The notes beneath the pieces were generated by a model. That model did no database searches and was not told the DNA's origin. It saw only the letters and a program-made list of their open reading frames with translations. A DNA stretch of 64,000 nucleotides, taken from NCBI GenBank assembly GCA_008632985.1, contig QPGO01000004.1:744001-808000 (forward strand). Direction: 5' to 3'. Shown here piece after piece: positions 49,633 to 61,967 of the stretch. Made by a program: the position numbers and the translations under genes. Source of the stretch: Psammoneis japonica (taxonomy: Eukaryota). Numbering within the stretch: position 1 is the stretch's first letter; every line of letters starts with the position of its first letter.

Positions 49633-51984
49633 TCATTTCCCCGAGAAACCCATCTGGCGTTTGTACGCCAACTTTTCCGCGGCCGTTGCTTGATCTTTCG
49701 TCCAGTTCCCCGAACTCGTTCGCTTCGAGTATTTCGATTTCTTTTGATCAAAAATCGCCTCCAAGTTGCAGGTATGAACTTCGCCAAATATTTCATCCGG
49801 ATCCAGTCTGGGTTTGCCAAAGTACTGATTTTCCAAGGCTTTGACAAGGTTCGATCTTTGAGCCCACATTGGAACCTTCAATAGAGTTGAAATGAAAAGA
49901 ACAAGGATGAGATGAAGCCAAGTAACAGAGACAAACGTAGGATTCTATGGCTCAGTAGTTAAACCGTATCTTCTGTTTCGTACCTTCTTCTTTTGCTTAG
50001 CTTCATCGTAGCTGTCTTCGTCGCTCTCACTGTCGCTTTCCTCACGATCAGATATTTCATACGTGTCCATTGGAGACCTTATTTCGTCTTTATCTGTCTC
50101 TTGTGTAACCTTCGTTGATTTTACTACATCGATTTTGCTCTCTATCACTCTCTTGGGCTGACTACCACTTGTTGTTGGTGCATGAGATTTGATCGCGGCC
50201 GCTTGTGCGTTCTTATGCGACGTACTGGTTTGGATTTGAGCGATGCTAGACGGAAATTCCGTCTTTTTGTTTTCAATTTCGGTGTTCTTCTGCTGCGACA
50301 TCGCCGCAGTCTTCTCTCGCATCTGTGCCGCAAGCTGTTTCTTTCGCTTATCCGCTTCTGTTTCGACAGATGATATCGTAGCTTTGAGAACTAGTTTTGA
50401 GACGGACGGTATGTTCTTTGCGCTACCGTTCACATCTTTCGTTGCCATAGCCTTACTCTACAAAAGACAAAAGGACACGTTAAGACCTATCATATATGAC
50501 GATACATCTGGGTTAATACAATCAAGCGTCACTCACCTTGCCTCTCATCTCAGCTAATCTGGCTTTCCAAATTTCGCTGTATTCCTTCGCCTTCTTTGTT
50601 GTTGTTTCCCCGGATGATTTGTTTGCACCATTAGCCAACGATACTGCGGGATTTGATAGCATCCTTACTCCTTTTTCGTCGCTACTTCTTTCATCGTTTG
50701 TCTCGGCGCTTTCCCTATTAAGTCGAAGAATAGCAATCACAAATCATTTAGCTTGCTCGGTTTTTCCACGCAGACCGGAGACAACGAGAAGCACGTTGCT
50801 GACTTACCTCGAATTCACTGCATTCTCGGTGCCTCCACCGGAAGAACGATCCTTTTTGCTTGTTTCGTCCAGGCCCTTGACGTTTGTCTCATTTGGCCTT
50901 CCGACGGATTTGAGGGAGGAACCAACAGCCGTAGAGCTGGACGACACCTGTACCTTGTTGAGAGCGCTTTTCTCATGCAACAGAGCTTCGGACTTCCCTT
51001 CCTTTGCAATGCTATTCGAGTGCTCAGTCTTGTTTTCGTGGGCACGACCTTTTTGATTGTCACCGTCACGACATGCAGAGGCAGCACTGCACGATGACTC
51101 GACTTTGGAGGTGGAGATAGCACAGGAAGCGCTTTCATTCGATGTGACGCCCATATCCTCTTGCTTCGACTCTGAATCTACCTCCATTTCTGAGACAGCA
51201 CCCCGGGATGCGTCGCTTTCACTAGTGTCTTTCATTTCGACGTCAACGGCATTATCACTTGCCGGAGGACCGCTTCTCGACTTGGACTGTAACAATCCAC
51301 TGGAAATAGGCGATATCTTTCCGGTATCTTTCTTCGGCTTCGAGACAATAGCTTGAGGAGACATTGATCTTTTTCGTTTGTTTTCTCGGATGGTACTCTC
51401 TTTGTCTGCGATGGGTTCATCCCGGGTAGATCGTTCCTTCTCGAGAGCTTCCAACAAACGATTTCGTAAGATTCTCTTTATACCCGTCGTACTTAGACCT
51501 CGCGACTTCAATTCCCGTTTCAATTCCTCAACTTTCATAGCCATTACTACCAGCTCTTTTTCGGTAGAGACCTTTGGTACTTCATTGTGGACTGCCAGAG
51601 TAGCGCTTACCTTGTTGGTGGCACGGCACGACTTGTCGGATATAATCAAGTTGGGGTTGGTGTTTTCATTCTGCGTACTACCCGTCTTCACCGCATTTTT
51701 TGGGATGCTCTCCTCTTTTGTCACATCTCCGAACTTCATTTTACATAGCTTTGAAAATCAGAACACGCAAGAAAATACAGAAGTTAGTCAGAAGAGGGTC
51801 GGGAGTCGAGAAACGAGATATGCTGCAAAAACATTCTTACCTGAAACGTATCGCTCAACCATTTGCTAGTCACATCATAGTGAGCCTCTAAGGAAATGGT
51901 TGTGTCGTCTCGCTTCTCCTCGACACCCTCCAGTACGCCCTTGATACACTCCACCGTAGCTATCATCGCCCTCTGCTTCGTCAT
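49633..51984 (-). CDS. INCENP: INCENP-like chromosomal passenger protein with SAP domain and C-terminal IN-box; multi-exon
   Basis: YEISDREESDSE..KK|VPMWAQ..L..AL..Q....DPDEIFG...CNLEAIF....Y.KRTSSGNW (Aurora-B-binding IN-box); SAP motif MKVEELKRELKSRGLSTTGIK..L..RL. Confidence 0.82.
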
Positions 51985-54900
51985 GGCTTCGGATCTGTAT
52001 CAATGAGTCGTCAACGTATGCAAAACCGGCTTGTAAACACCAACGTTGCCGTCTCTTCTAAAAGTTTGCCTACAGTACAGTCGGTATCCCTACTACGGTA
52101 ATCGTCGTGGTGTTGCTGCAATGTGGTCGCTACTCCGCACGGTCACATCACTGCTGGTTGTTCACGAAAAACCGTTCCACATCAAAATAATGTGGCCGTT
52201 GCGTTTTATCCAAACAATGAAGTTATACCCCGCTTAATAAATATATATGTCGTGTTTGTATTAAAATCCCAACGAATATTTTGCTTATAATATCCTCGTA
52301 ACATTAGAAATGTTCAATTTATTGGATATACATTCTTAATGTAAGAATATATGATTTATAATCGTCTGTATGACGTACGTGAAGAAGACGCGCAGCCACA
52401 GGCTCAGCCTGTGGCGCAGCAGCGCGTACCGGCACTGCCACCAGCAGCAGCAGGTGCTAGTTTCCCCAACCAACAAAGCCGCATGGAAGATGTGGCAGCT
52501 CTCTCCTCTCCCAAGGGATCATCCCTTGCCTCTCCTCTCAACTCTAGCAAGAGAGAGCAAATGACAAGATCCATTGTCACAGCACCTCAAAGAATGATGA
52601 CATCCAGCACTCAAGGAGAAGAACAAACACGCGCCAATGCTCAACAGCCAGCACCCACCAGTGTGAAGCCCCCTCTGTCTCCTTGCCCCACACAGCTCTC
52701 CTGGGACACACCCAAAGCAACTCAAATTCCCAACCAGGAGGTGTGTGCACACAGAAGAGCCATGGTCTTCCAAGTGTCTTGACACTCTGGATTCTCCCAA
52801 CAAAGCTGCTGCTTTCTTTCTTGGGCTGCCCCTCCTTTTCTTCTTCTTCTTGATGGTGGCCTCCCTGACCCACTTCACAAATCCTCTCAAATTTGCTTCT
52901 TCTTGTTGCACATTTCTCTCATGCCATCACCTCAAGCAATGACAACTCCAGCCACAGCCAAACCTTCTTTTTTTTGGTCATCAAGTTGCCACATCCCTCT
53001 CAATTCTGCTCAGCATGCTCAAAGCTTTGCCTTGTGCACAATCTTTTGTGCACTTGCTTTTAGCTGCTGCTTCTGAGTCAAGAGTGTGCAAGCAAAGTGT
53101 GGTGGGGTGATGGCACTCACTGAGTGCACACTCTTGCTGTTTGGTGAAATCATGCTGGGGTCAAGTGGTGTTGGCCATCAATGTCCAATTGTTGGGTCGT
53201 CACATGGAAGCTCAAGCAAAACAACCCAACAAAAACACAATCATTCTTGGAAGCTTTAAAGTCAAAAACAACACTCTCTCAAGCACAGCAAGAGAAGCAG
53301 GTGGAGAAGCAGACAAACCAAAATGTTGTGCAAAGAGTGGAGTGGTGCCCCAGCACCACATTTGGGCCATGCTGTCACAATCTGTGAGAGCTTGTTCATG
53401 TGACAGTGAGTGTCATCAAACTTCATGTCCATCATGGATCTCCATTGCTTTGTGCCAGTGCCAAGGAAGCATGCGCAGCCCTGAGATTCTTGCAGCTTTG
53501 ACTCAGAGGCATTTCCAGAGGAGAGTGCTGGAGTGTTGCAAATTTGCATCATCCAGAGGGTCAGAAAAATGCAGAGTGATTTTTAAATCACCCATGATTC
53601 AAGAAGCAAATGGGTGAGCTTGCTTGACTTTAAAACTGGTCTCATGACATTGGCAGCAGTGCTTTTGCAACATGCACATGCTCATTGTCTGTCAGTGTGC
53701 AGGGCACACAAAACACATCCAAGGCACATCATTCATGAGTGAGTGTGCCATTGCCCCACAAGCCTCTCCATGAAAACCTCCTTCTTGTGATCATTTGGGT
53801 TTTGACATTTTTTACTTCTTTCACCTCTCCTCTTTTTCATGGCTGCACCTGTGTGTCATTTGGAGCATTTTACATTGCAGCCACAGCTGATTTGACATCT
53901 GTGCTCCTTCTCTTGGAAGCTGCAGCATGCAATGAAATGAGTCACCCACTCAGGAGTCTAGAAAGCAAGTGAGATGATCATGTGTGTTCTGCTTTTTTTA
54001 AAGCCAATGACTCCCATCTTCTGAGGCAAACACAGTGACTGACACAAAGCAGACCATGACTCAACTTTTTCTGGAAAACGTTGTGGCTCTTGTTCAGAAT
54101 TCTTGCTCTCTTGTTCAGAATTGTGTGTTCTCAACAAGCCCCAAACAATTGTCAACAAAGAGGGAGTTTCATTGTCATTTCAACCTTCCAAGTGGGATTT
54201 AACAGCCAATGTAAATCAGTCGCATGATGCACACATTCTTGTCAATTTTTCATGTCCAATCGTTTTAACATCATTTTTGCATCTGTCCACCATGAAACTG
54301 ACCTTCTAAGTGGGAAATGACAGTCAATGAAACTTGTCACTTGCATTTGTTTCTGTCTTGACAACCGTGTGTTCACAACAACTTTCTGACATTGTTCATT
54401 TCTGACAACAATGATTTTCAATTGTCTTGTTGACCCAATTGCACATTGGCTGTGTGCTGCTTGTCATCTGATTTGCAAATGTTCTGTTTTGTCATTTCTG
54501 CACTGCACACCAAATGATGCCCCCTTTTTCCTGTTCTTGTTTTTCTCCTGCATTCCACCAGCTCCTGTTGCCCTTCTCAGTTCCCACACAATGGGTGTGA
54601 TGTTTTGGTCCTTGTGTCCTCCCTTGCAACCACTCTTGCTCTCTTTGCCATTGTTGTCTACACCAGGCAACAACATCATCCTGCAATGATCTGTCTCAGG
54701 TTCCTTCTGTTTGGCAGGCCAAAGCATTGCCTGCAACAAGAGAAAACTTTGTGCCAATGATCAGGTTTTGTGCATGTCTTGTGTTTCTTACAATCTTGTC
54801 TCATGCGCTGGTGCTTCTGCTCACCTTTGTGCCCTTCCCCATTTCTGTGTGCAAAGATGTGCGCAAGTGACAGTCATTTGCATTGTGCACCCAATCTCCA

Positions 54901-55321
54901 TGCATTCGCCACTTGTTTTTCCACCTTGTGCTGTCCTGCATTTTGTTCAGTCCTGTCCGCAATGCTGCTGCCTGTCCCCACTGCTCTCATTGTCAGACAT
55001 TGGATGCAACTTGAGTTTGCATTTTTTTGTCTTGTGAGGGAGTGACAATTTGTGTTTTTGACCAAAATGTGAGCCTGACCGTCAGTTGATTCCTGTTGGC
55101 ATCTCTTTTCAGCAACAATTTGTTTTAAAAATCAACACAATGGTTTGAATGATTTGAAACCACCTTGATGAATCATTCAGTCATCAATGTCACACATGCA
55201 TTCAACAAGTTTGATTTTGTCACATTGGTGTGTTCTTGCTGAGATTGAAATTTTCACACTCATGCTGCACACTCCCAGCTCCGGGACCTCAATCAACACC
55301 TTTTTGCCATTTGGTGTGCTC

Positions 55322-56780
55322 AAAAATTGCTGCTGCCAACAAGACAATCGCCTCTGTTGAGAAAGCTCAGAAACAGACCCTTCATTCCAGTGAAATGACA
55401 ACTTTAGAGACCCACCTTGTAAAAGAAGTGGACAACTTGAAGGTGGGTCTTGCTCTTCCATTCTCTCTTGGTTTTCTGTCCAAACAAGAGACACAGGGAA
55501 CACCATGAATTTCCATTCAGTGACTCCCTGTCCTGGTTGTCGTTGGCTCCCCTGGGACACAATGGAGGCACCCAAGGCCATCCAAAGACAACTGGGCACT
55601 TGCACTGTCACATGGCACAGAAAGCTCCCTTGTCTCATCTGCGCGACAGCTTGGTGCACTGCTGGGCCAAACCCAGCCATGATGTCAGAGAGACAAGGTG
55701 CTGCATTGACACAAGACAAGGCCTTTCCTCCTTTGCTTCCCAACCATTGTTGTTCAATCAACACCTCTTTGCCATTTGGCCTTTTTGCCATTGGGTGTGT
55801 TCACTGACCATGCCGCCAAAAAAAGGAAGAAGCAGAACCCACAAGGTGCTGGCCACAACAGTGCCAGTCACACCAGCACCATCGGCGGCCATGGTGGAGG
55901 TGGTTGCCATGATGGAGGTGGTGCTTGTGGTGTTCAAGTGCAAGGTCAAGGTCCTCCCAGGCAGCCCAGGCAAGGCTCCAGGACAAGCCCTTGGTGACCT
56001 CAAGGCTCTTTGTCTGGGTGCTGGAGCTGCTGTTCCACCGGCCAGCGACCCAGGTTCTGCTGCCACTGCTGCAGCCTCTGCCAATGAAAAAAGCCAACGC
56101 CTTTGACAATGTGTCTGCTGACAGCTGCTCCTCTGCAGTTCAACAAGAAGATCTCGTGGTGTGATGAAGTCCCTTCCTGCAAAACTCCCTTGCTGCTCAG
56201 AGCCTCCAAGCACCATGCTGCCTGCAGCATCAACCCAAAAGAAATGTCTGGCAATGAATGCAGAATGTGGCTGTTGTTTTGCTGGCAGATGCACGGCCTT
56301 TTTGCAAAAACCAAAACAAAAAGATGTGCAAGCAGCTGCAGCAAAAGTGCAAAGCCTGCAATGCAAAAATTGCCACTTTGCTAAAAACAAAATCGCCTCT
56401 CTCCAGAAAGCTCAGAAACAGACCCTTCATGCCAGTGAAATGACAACTTTGGAGACCAACCTTGCAAAGAAAGTGAGCAACTTGAATTTGGGTCATGCTC
56501 TTCTGTTCTCTCTCTTGGTTTTCTGTCCAAGCAAGAGACAGGGAACACAATGAATTTCCATTCACTGACTCCCTGCCCTGGTTTTTGTTGGCTCCCCTGG
56601 GACACAATGGAGGCACCCAAGGCCATCCAAAGACAACTGAGCACTTGCACTGTCACACAGCAAAGAAAGCTCTCTTGTCTCTGCAGGTGAGGTGGCTGGG
56701 CCAAAGCAAGCCAATTGCATCTTTGGATAGACAAGGGGCTGCCTTGGCCCAAGACCAGGCTTTTCCTTCTCAACCATTGT
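55322..56780 (+). repeat. Dispersed direct repeat of ~430 bp (55322-55750 and 56365-56780)
   Basis: Shared AGAAAGCTCAGAAACAGACCCTTCAT.CCAGTGAAATGACAACTTT and GGCTCCCCTGGGACACAATGGAGGCACCCAAGGCCATCCAAAGACAACTG. Confidence 0.88.
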
Positions 56781-58190
56781 TGTTCTTGCCTCCTCAGGGA
56801 CCCAATGAAGTCCTTGTGCCCATCCCAAGACAACTGAGTGGTTGTGCTGTCACACAGATGGCTCCCTTGTCTTTCAAGCAAGTTGGTGGTTCTTGGCTGG
56901 GCCAAAGCCAGTCATGTCAGAGAGACAAGGTGCTGCATTGACACAAGACAAGGCCTTTTCTTCCCACCCATTGTTGTTGGCTGTTTGCTCCTCTGGGATC
57001 CAACAGAGTCACCAAAAGCCATCCCAAGACAACTGAGCACCTGCACTGTTGCACAGATGGTTTTCTTGTCTCTGTGGGTGGGTTGGCTGTGCCAAACCCC
57101 AGTCATGTCAGAGAGACAAGGTCCTGCATTGACACAAGACAAGGCCTTTGCTTCCCAACAAATGTTGTTGTTGGCTCCTCTGGGATCCAATGGAGTTGCC
57201 AAAAGCCATCCCAAGACAACTGAGCACTTGCACTGTTTCGCAGATGGTTTTCTTGTCTCTGCGGGTGGGCGGGTGGCTGGGCCAAGCCCAGCCATGTCAG
57301 AGAGACAAGGTGCTGCATTGACACAATACAAGGCCTTTGCTTCCCAGCCATGGTTGTTGTTGGCTCCTCTGGGATCCAACAGAGGCAACAAAAGCCACAC
57401 CAAGACAACTGAGCACTTGCACTGTTGCACAGATGGTTCCCTTTTGTTTCCTTTCATGCAAATTGGCGGTTCTTGGCTGGGCCAAAGCCAGTCATGTTAG
57501 AGAGACAAGGTGCTACATTGACACAAGAAAAGGCATTTGCTTCCAAGCCATTGTTGTTGTTGGCTTCTCTGGGATCCAATGGAGTCACCAAAAGCCACGC
57601 CAAGACAACTGAGCACTTGCACTGTTGCACAGATGGTTCCCTTGTCTTTCGTGCAAATTGGTGGTTCTTGGCTGGGCCAAAGCCAGTCATGTCAGAGAGA
57701 CAAGGTGCTGCATTCACACAAGACAAGGCCTTTTCTTCCCAACTGTTGTTGTTGTTGGCTCCTCTGGGATCCAATGGAGTCACCAAAAGCCATCCCCCAA
57801 GACAACTGAGCACTTGCACTGTCACACAGATGGTTTTCTTGTCTCTGTGGGTGGGGTGGCTGGGCCAAACCCAGTTGTGTCAGAGAGACAAAGGGCTGCA
57901 TTGACACAAGACAAGGCCTTTGGCTGCTTCCCAACCATTGTTGTCATTGCATCCTCTGTGACCCAATGGAGTCATCCAATGCCATCCCAAGACAATGGAG
58001 CACTTGCGCTGTCACACAGATGGTTTTCTTGTTTCTGCAGGTTGGCTGGCTGGGCCAAAGCCAGTCATGTCAGAGAGACAAGGTGCCACATTGACACAAG
58101 ACAAGGCATTTGCTCCCCAACCATGGTTGTCAGCATGTCCCTGGCACTCCACTGGAGTCCTCCAATGCCATCCCAAGACAACTGCACACA
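56590..58190 (+). repeat. Tandem array of about 8 diverged ~190-bp units
   Basis: Anchor AGAGAGACAAGGTGCTGCATTGACACAAGACAAGGC at ~56728 (diverged), 56919, 57110, 57299, 57499, 57695, 57882 and 58072; a solo copy at ~55687. Confidence 0.93.
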
Positions 58191-60810
58191 CCTCCTTTGC
58201 CACATCTGCGGGCCTCATGCTTCCACACCTTGTGCAGCTGGGTGTCTTCTTGTTTGTGGAGGAATCATGCAATGGGGCTTCTGTTGCTGCTGCCCAAGAC
58301 AAGGCTTGCAGCTTCCCAAATCAAGAGTGCAAAGATGCCACAATTGGGCCAACCCACTCAACAAACACAGACTGAGTGCATTTGGGGTGCGTGTCATGCA
58401 GGCAGCAACTCCTCAAACCAATGTGCATTTTTGGCAATGATGATGATCTGGCTTGGCATTTGGCAAATGTTTGCTGGGACATGGGGACACCACCACATGC
58501 TCCATTTTGGCTTCTCAAGTGCCGTTGGCCTGTGCATCATGCACCATCCACCCAGCAAGCCTGTTGGATGTGCCAAACTTGTCCAAGCCCAGCCATGTGA
58601 AAGAAAAAGTTGACTAAAAAAAGCACACAAACCCAGCACACAATGTGTGGTGCCAGTGCAAAGAAAGCCAGCATTTCAGCACCAGGAGCAAGTCACAAAA
58701 TGTCAATGTTCTTTGTCATGTTGCATCAACATCTCTTGTCTCACAAACATTTGTTTGGTCATTGCAGCTGTCCTGTTGTCAATCCTTTCCTGCAAATCAT
58801 TTGTTTTGATGTTGTGGGTGAGGTTTGATCAAAAGGATCAACAGCAGAAGGATTTTTGTCATGACAAGAATTGTGTGTTTCAAATGTTGCCATTGCCAAG
58901 CAGTGACACAACACAACTCAAACGCCTCCGCCAAGGACACCCAAATGACAAAAGACATGGAGGAAGAGGTGCAAGCAGGAGACATGGAATGCTCTCAGCT
59001 GTCCCTTTGCCAACAGAGAAGTGTTGAATCAAACAAATGCCACACATGCATTGTCAGAGGTGATGGAAACCAAAGAAGAATCTTTTTGGGATGTTCGCAA
59101 TGCCTGCCCACCGGAGAACAGCAAGGGCAAGGAGCAGTGTAAAAATGGTCAGAGCTGTGACAACTGTGCTGTGACTGGAAGCACTGCCATTTTTTGTCAG
59201 TGTAACAGAGCATTCACCACAGCTCTAGAAAAACCCAGGTTTTCATTTTACAACTCTTGATTCTGAGTTCTTTCTAAAAAAATGCTCTGTGAAGCATTGC
59301 ACCAACATCTTGAAAGGTCATTGCTGCTTGAGCAACTCCTGTGCAGCAAAACAACACCCAACATGCCTGTTGCATTGCATTTTCTTGGATTGGCTGTTTC
59401 TGATCATCATTGAATGGAAATGCTCCAGAAATCATTGCATCCTCAAAAGCAAACACTTTGGACTCCTGTGCTTCACAGCAGCTGTGCTTTTTTCTTCACC
59501 CAACCAAGCAACAGCATGGCAGCACTTCCCACATCCCTTGCAGCAGTGTTCTGCACATGGGGCTAAAACCAAATTTTTCCAATTTGAGGTGCCTCAGAGG
59601 CCAGATGAGATTCTGGACTTGTGAAGTCCCAGAAAAAAGCCACCATGCTGCAGTGCCTCACATGCACAAGGTGAGGATCCATCCACACACCTTGCAAGCT
59701 AGCTGGAAATGCAGTGATGAGAAGCATTGCAGCCTCCACAATCTTGATGTTTGGTTTGATGTTTTTGTGATGAGAAACACATCACTCGAGTGCCTTTCAG
59801 AAACATGTCGCCAAGCTCACTGCCCTTCGCCACAACAGATTGAACTGGCAAACTGCAGCACACAGAGAAAACACTCATGTGAGCCACACAGGCAACTCAA
59901 GCAAAGGCAGAGATCTGACAAATCAAAGGATGAAAACAAATGAAACTGTTCTTAACAAGTGTGTAAAATGTGAACAGAATGAGCCACACAGGTGGCTTAA
60001 AATGAGCAAAAACGATTTGTCTGTTTGTGACTTGATGACTGCTGAGAAACAAAATTGACAATTGTGTGTGTTGAAGATCTGTGGATGCAATCAGCATGCA
60101 TGTGAAAAATTTTAATCATTGACAAGTTGCGCTCTTGTTAAGCATGGAAACATGTTGCAGACGTTGACCACAGACACAGCAACTGAGTGTGCTGTTGTAC
60201 AAGACTCACAGCGACATTTCCAAACTCTGTTTGAGCTCACTTTTCTGATTGAGCTGCAACTGAAATCTCAGCAATGATCACAATTTTCAGAAGACCTCAG
60301 TTGTTGACAGTGTTGGTCATGCTCTTTCAGCACTGCTGTTGCCATTTTTTCTAACCTCGTTCCACACGCCAAGGTGCAGACTCCCTCGCCCAATCACCGC
60401 GCCACTAACGCGCCCATGATTCTACCGTAGATTCGCCAGATGGTTCCTTGACGACTCCTCACTCTCTAGCTAGAGTGTAAACCTACATAATGGTAGATAG
60501 ATGCAGAATGAAGCAAAGGGCAAAATCGTGCCGTTCCAAATGACCTTGTTTTCTGCGGAGAGATCCAAGCAAAAAGAAAGTTCTGGGTATGCTTCAAGGT
60601 GACGGGAGAGCTGCAAATTCAATTCGCATGACGCCATTTCTAGTATTACATTCGACAGCACAGACTTGAGTGCTTGGACCTTAGGTATAGTGTATGAGAT
60701 TACATACTGCTGAAATGAGTTTAGAGCTTATAGCGCACCACGGCAATCACAAAACTAAACTCAACATCCACAACTTCTTTACACTTTCAAAATATACAGG
60801 AAGTCAATGA

Positions 60811-61967
60811 TTAAGCAGCCATTTTGCGGTACGTTGTACGTTCAATGGCGGCTACAACATCCTCAACCTGCGGGAGTGAAGCATTCTCAAGTTCCGTGGC
60901 ATAAGGCATTGGAATATCAGCACCAGTGACGCGCTCCATGGGTGCATCCAAGTAGTTGAATGCGTCCGACTCCATGAGAATTGCAGCAATCTCCGAGCCA
61001 ATCCCGCATTGAGGCCAACCTGTTTCAAGCGACACAACACGTCCGGTTTTCTTGGCGGAGTTGATAATGGTATCACGGTCTATGGGACGGATGGTTCGAA
61101 GATTGATGACCTCGACCGAAACACCTGAGTCGCCATAACCTCCGCTGTCTCCAATGCCAGTCCAACCATCTTTGAAAAAGTAACAACAGTCACATCAGAC
61201 CCTTCCCTCTCAATCTTGGCCTCACCGATCGGAATGACGAAATCACTACTTTGAGCTTCTTCCGACATGGGAAAGCTTACTCCGTACATCAACTCGTGTT
61301 CCAGAATCGCCACGGGATTAGGATCGCGAATAGCGGCCTTCATGAGTCCCTTGGCATCCTCAGACGAGTAAGGAGACAAAACCTTGAGTCCGGGAACAGA
61401 AGAGTACCATGCAGCAAAACACTGAGAGTGCTGTGCACCGGTTCCGGCAGCGTTTCCATTGGGTCCTCGAAAGACAATGGGACAAGCCAAGTCACCAGCA
61501 GACATGTAGTACTGCTTTGCAGCCGAGTTGACAATCTGATCAATGGCCTGCATGGAGAAATTCCAAGTCATGAATTCAACAATGGGCTTCAAATCCTTGA
61601 GAGCAGACCCAATGGCCAAACCGGTAAAACCCATTTCTGTAATGGGTGTGTCAATAACGCGTTTATCACCATATTTCTGGTAGAGGCCCTTTGTGACCTT
61701 GTATGCACCTTGATACTGCGCAACTTCTTCTCCCAGAATGTATACTCCTTCATCTCGCTCCATTTCCTCGTCGATTCCCTGATTAATAGCTTCGCGCACA
61801 GTCAACTCGACTGTGGCCATGCCACGTGAGAAAGTCCTCGATGCCGCTGCGGCCTGCGCAAAGGTTATGTATGCAAATTACAGACACATGAGAAGGGCAC
61901 ACACACAGACACAACATACACGGATTCCCACCATAGAAATACTTCGAAAACTTGCTGGAAGAAACAT
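60811..61967 (-). CDS. PDHB: Mitochondrial pyruvate dehydrogenase E1 beta subunit; 1-nt frameshift at ~61124
   Basis: TVREAIN...[59 protein letters not shown]. Presequence exon [16 protein letters not shown]; a tiny upstream exon from 62052 is possible. Confidence 0.94.

Larger units (their letters stand above)
52400..60400. mobile_element. Degenerate repeat/transposon-derived block, strongly CpG- and TpA-depleted; no intact ORF
   Basis: Abrupt compositional change. 58621-58860 has no CG and no TA in 240 nt by my count. Fragmented Cys/His/Gln-rich pseudo-ORFs and internal direct repeats. No TIR, LTR or TSD identified, so the TE class is unknown. Confidence 0.6.

Noticed and set aside
56590..58190. 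CRISPR-like array
   Set aside because: The units are similar along their whole ~190-bp length with no unique spacers, there are no cas genes, and the context is eukaryotic.
49633..58190. Functional link between INCENP and the adjacent satellite (centromere)
   Set aside because: Adjacency of a centromere-protein gene to a repeat carries no mechanistic implication and is treated as coincidence.
52500..60100. Numerous 60-270 aa Cys/His/Gln-rich ORFs as real genes
   Set aside because: TpA depletion removes TAA/TAG stops, creating spurious overlapping ORFs on both strands with no recognisable domains.
52040..60460. Terminal inverted repeats or TSD delimiting the depleted block
   Set aside because: Only an 8-bp CTACGGTA/TACCGTAG match was found, and that motif also occurs in other intergenic regions (e.g. 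~39692, ~62391).
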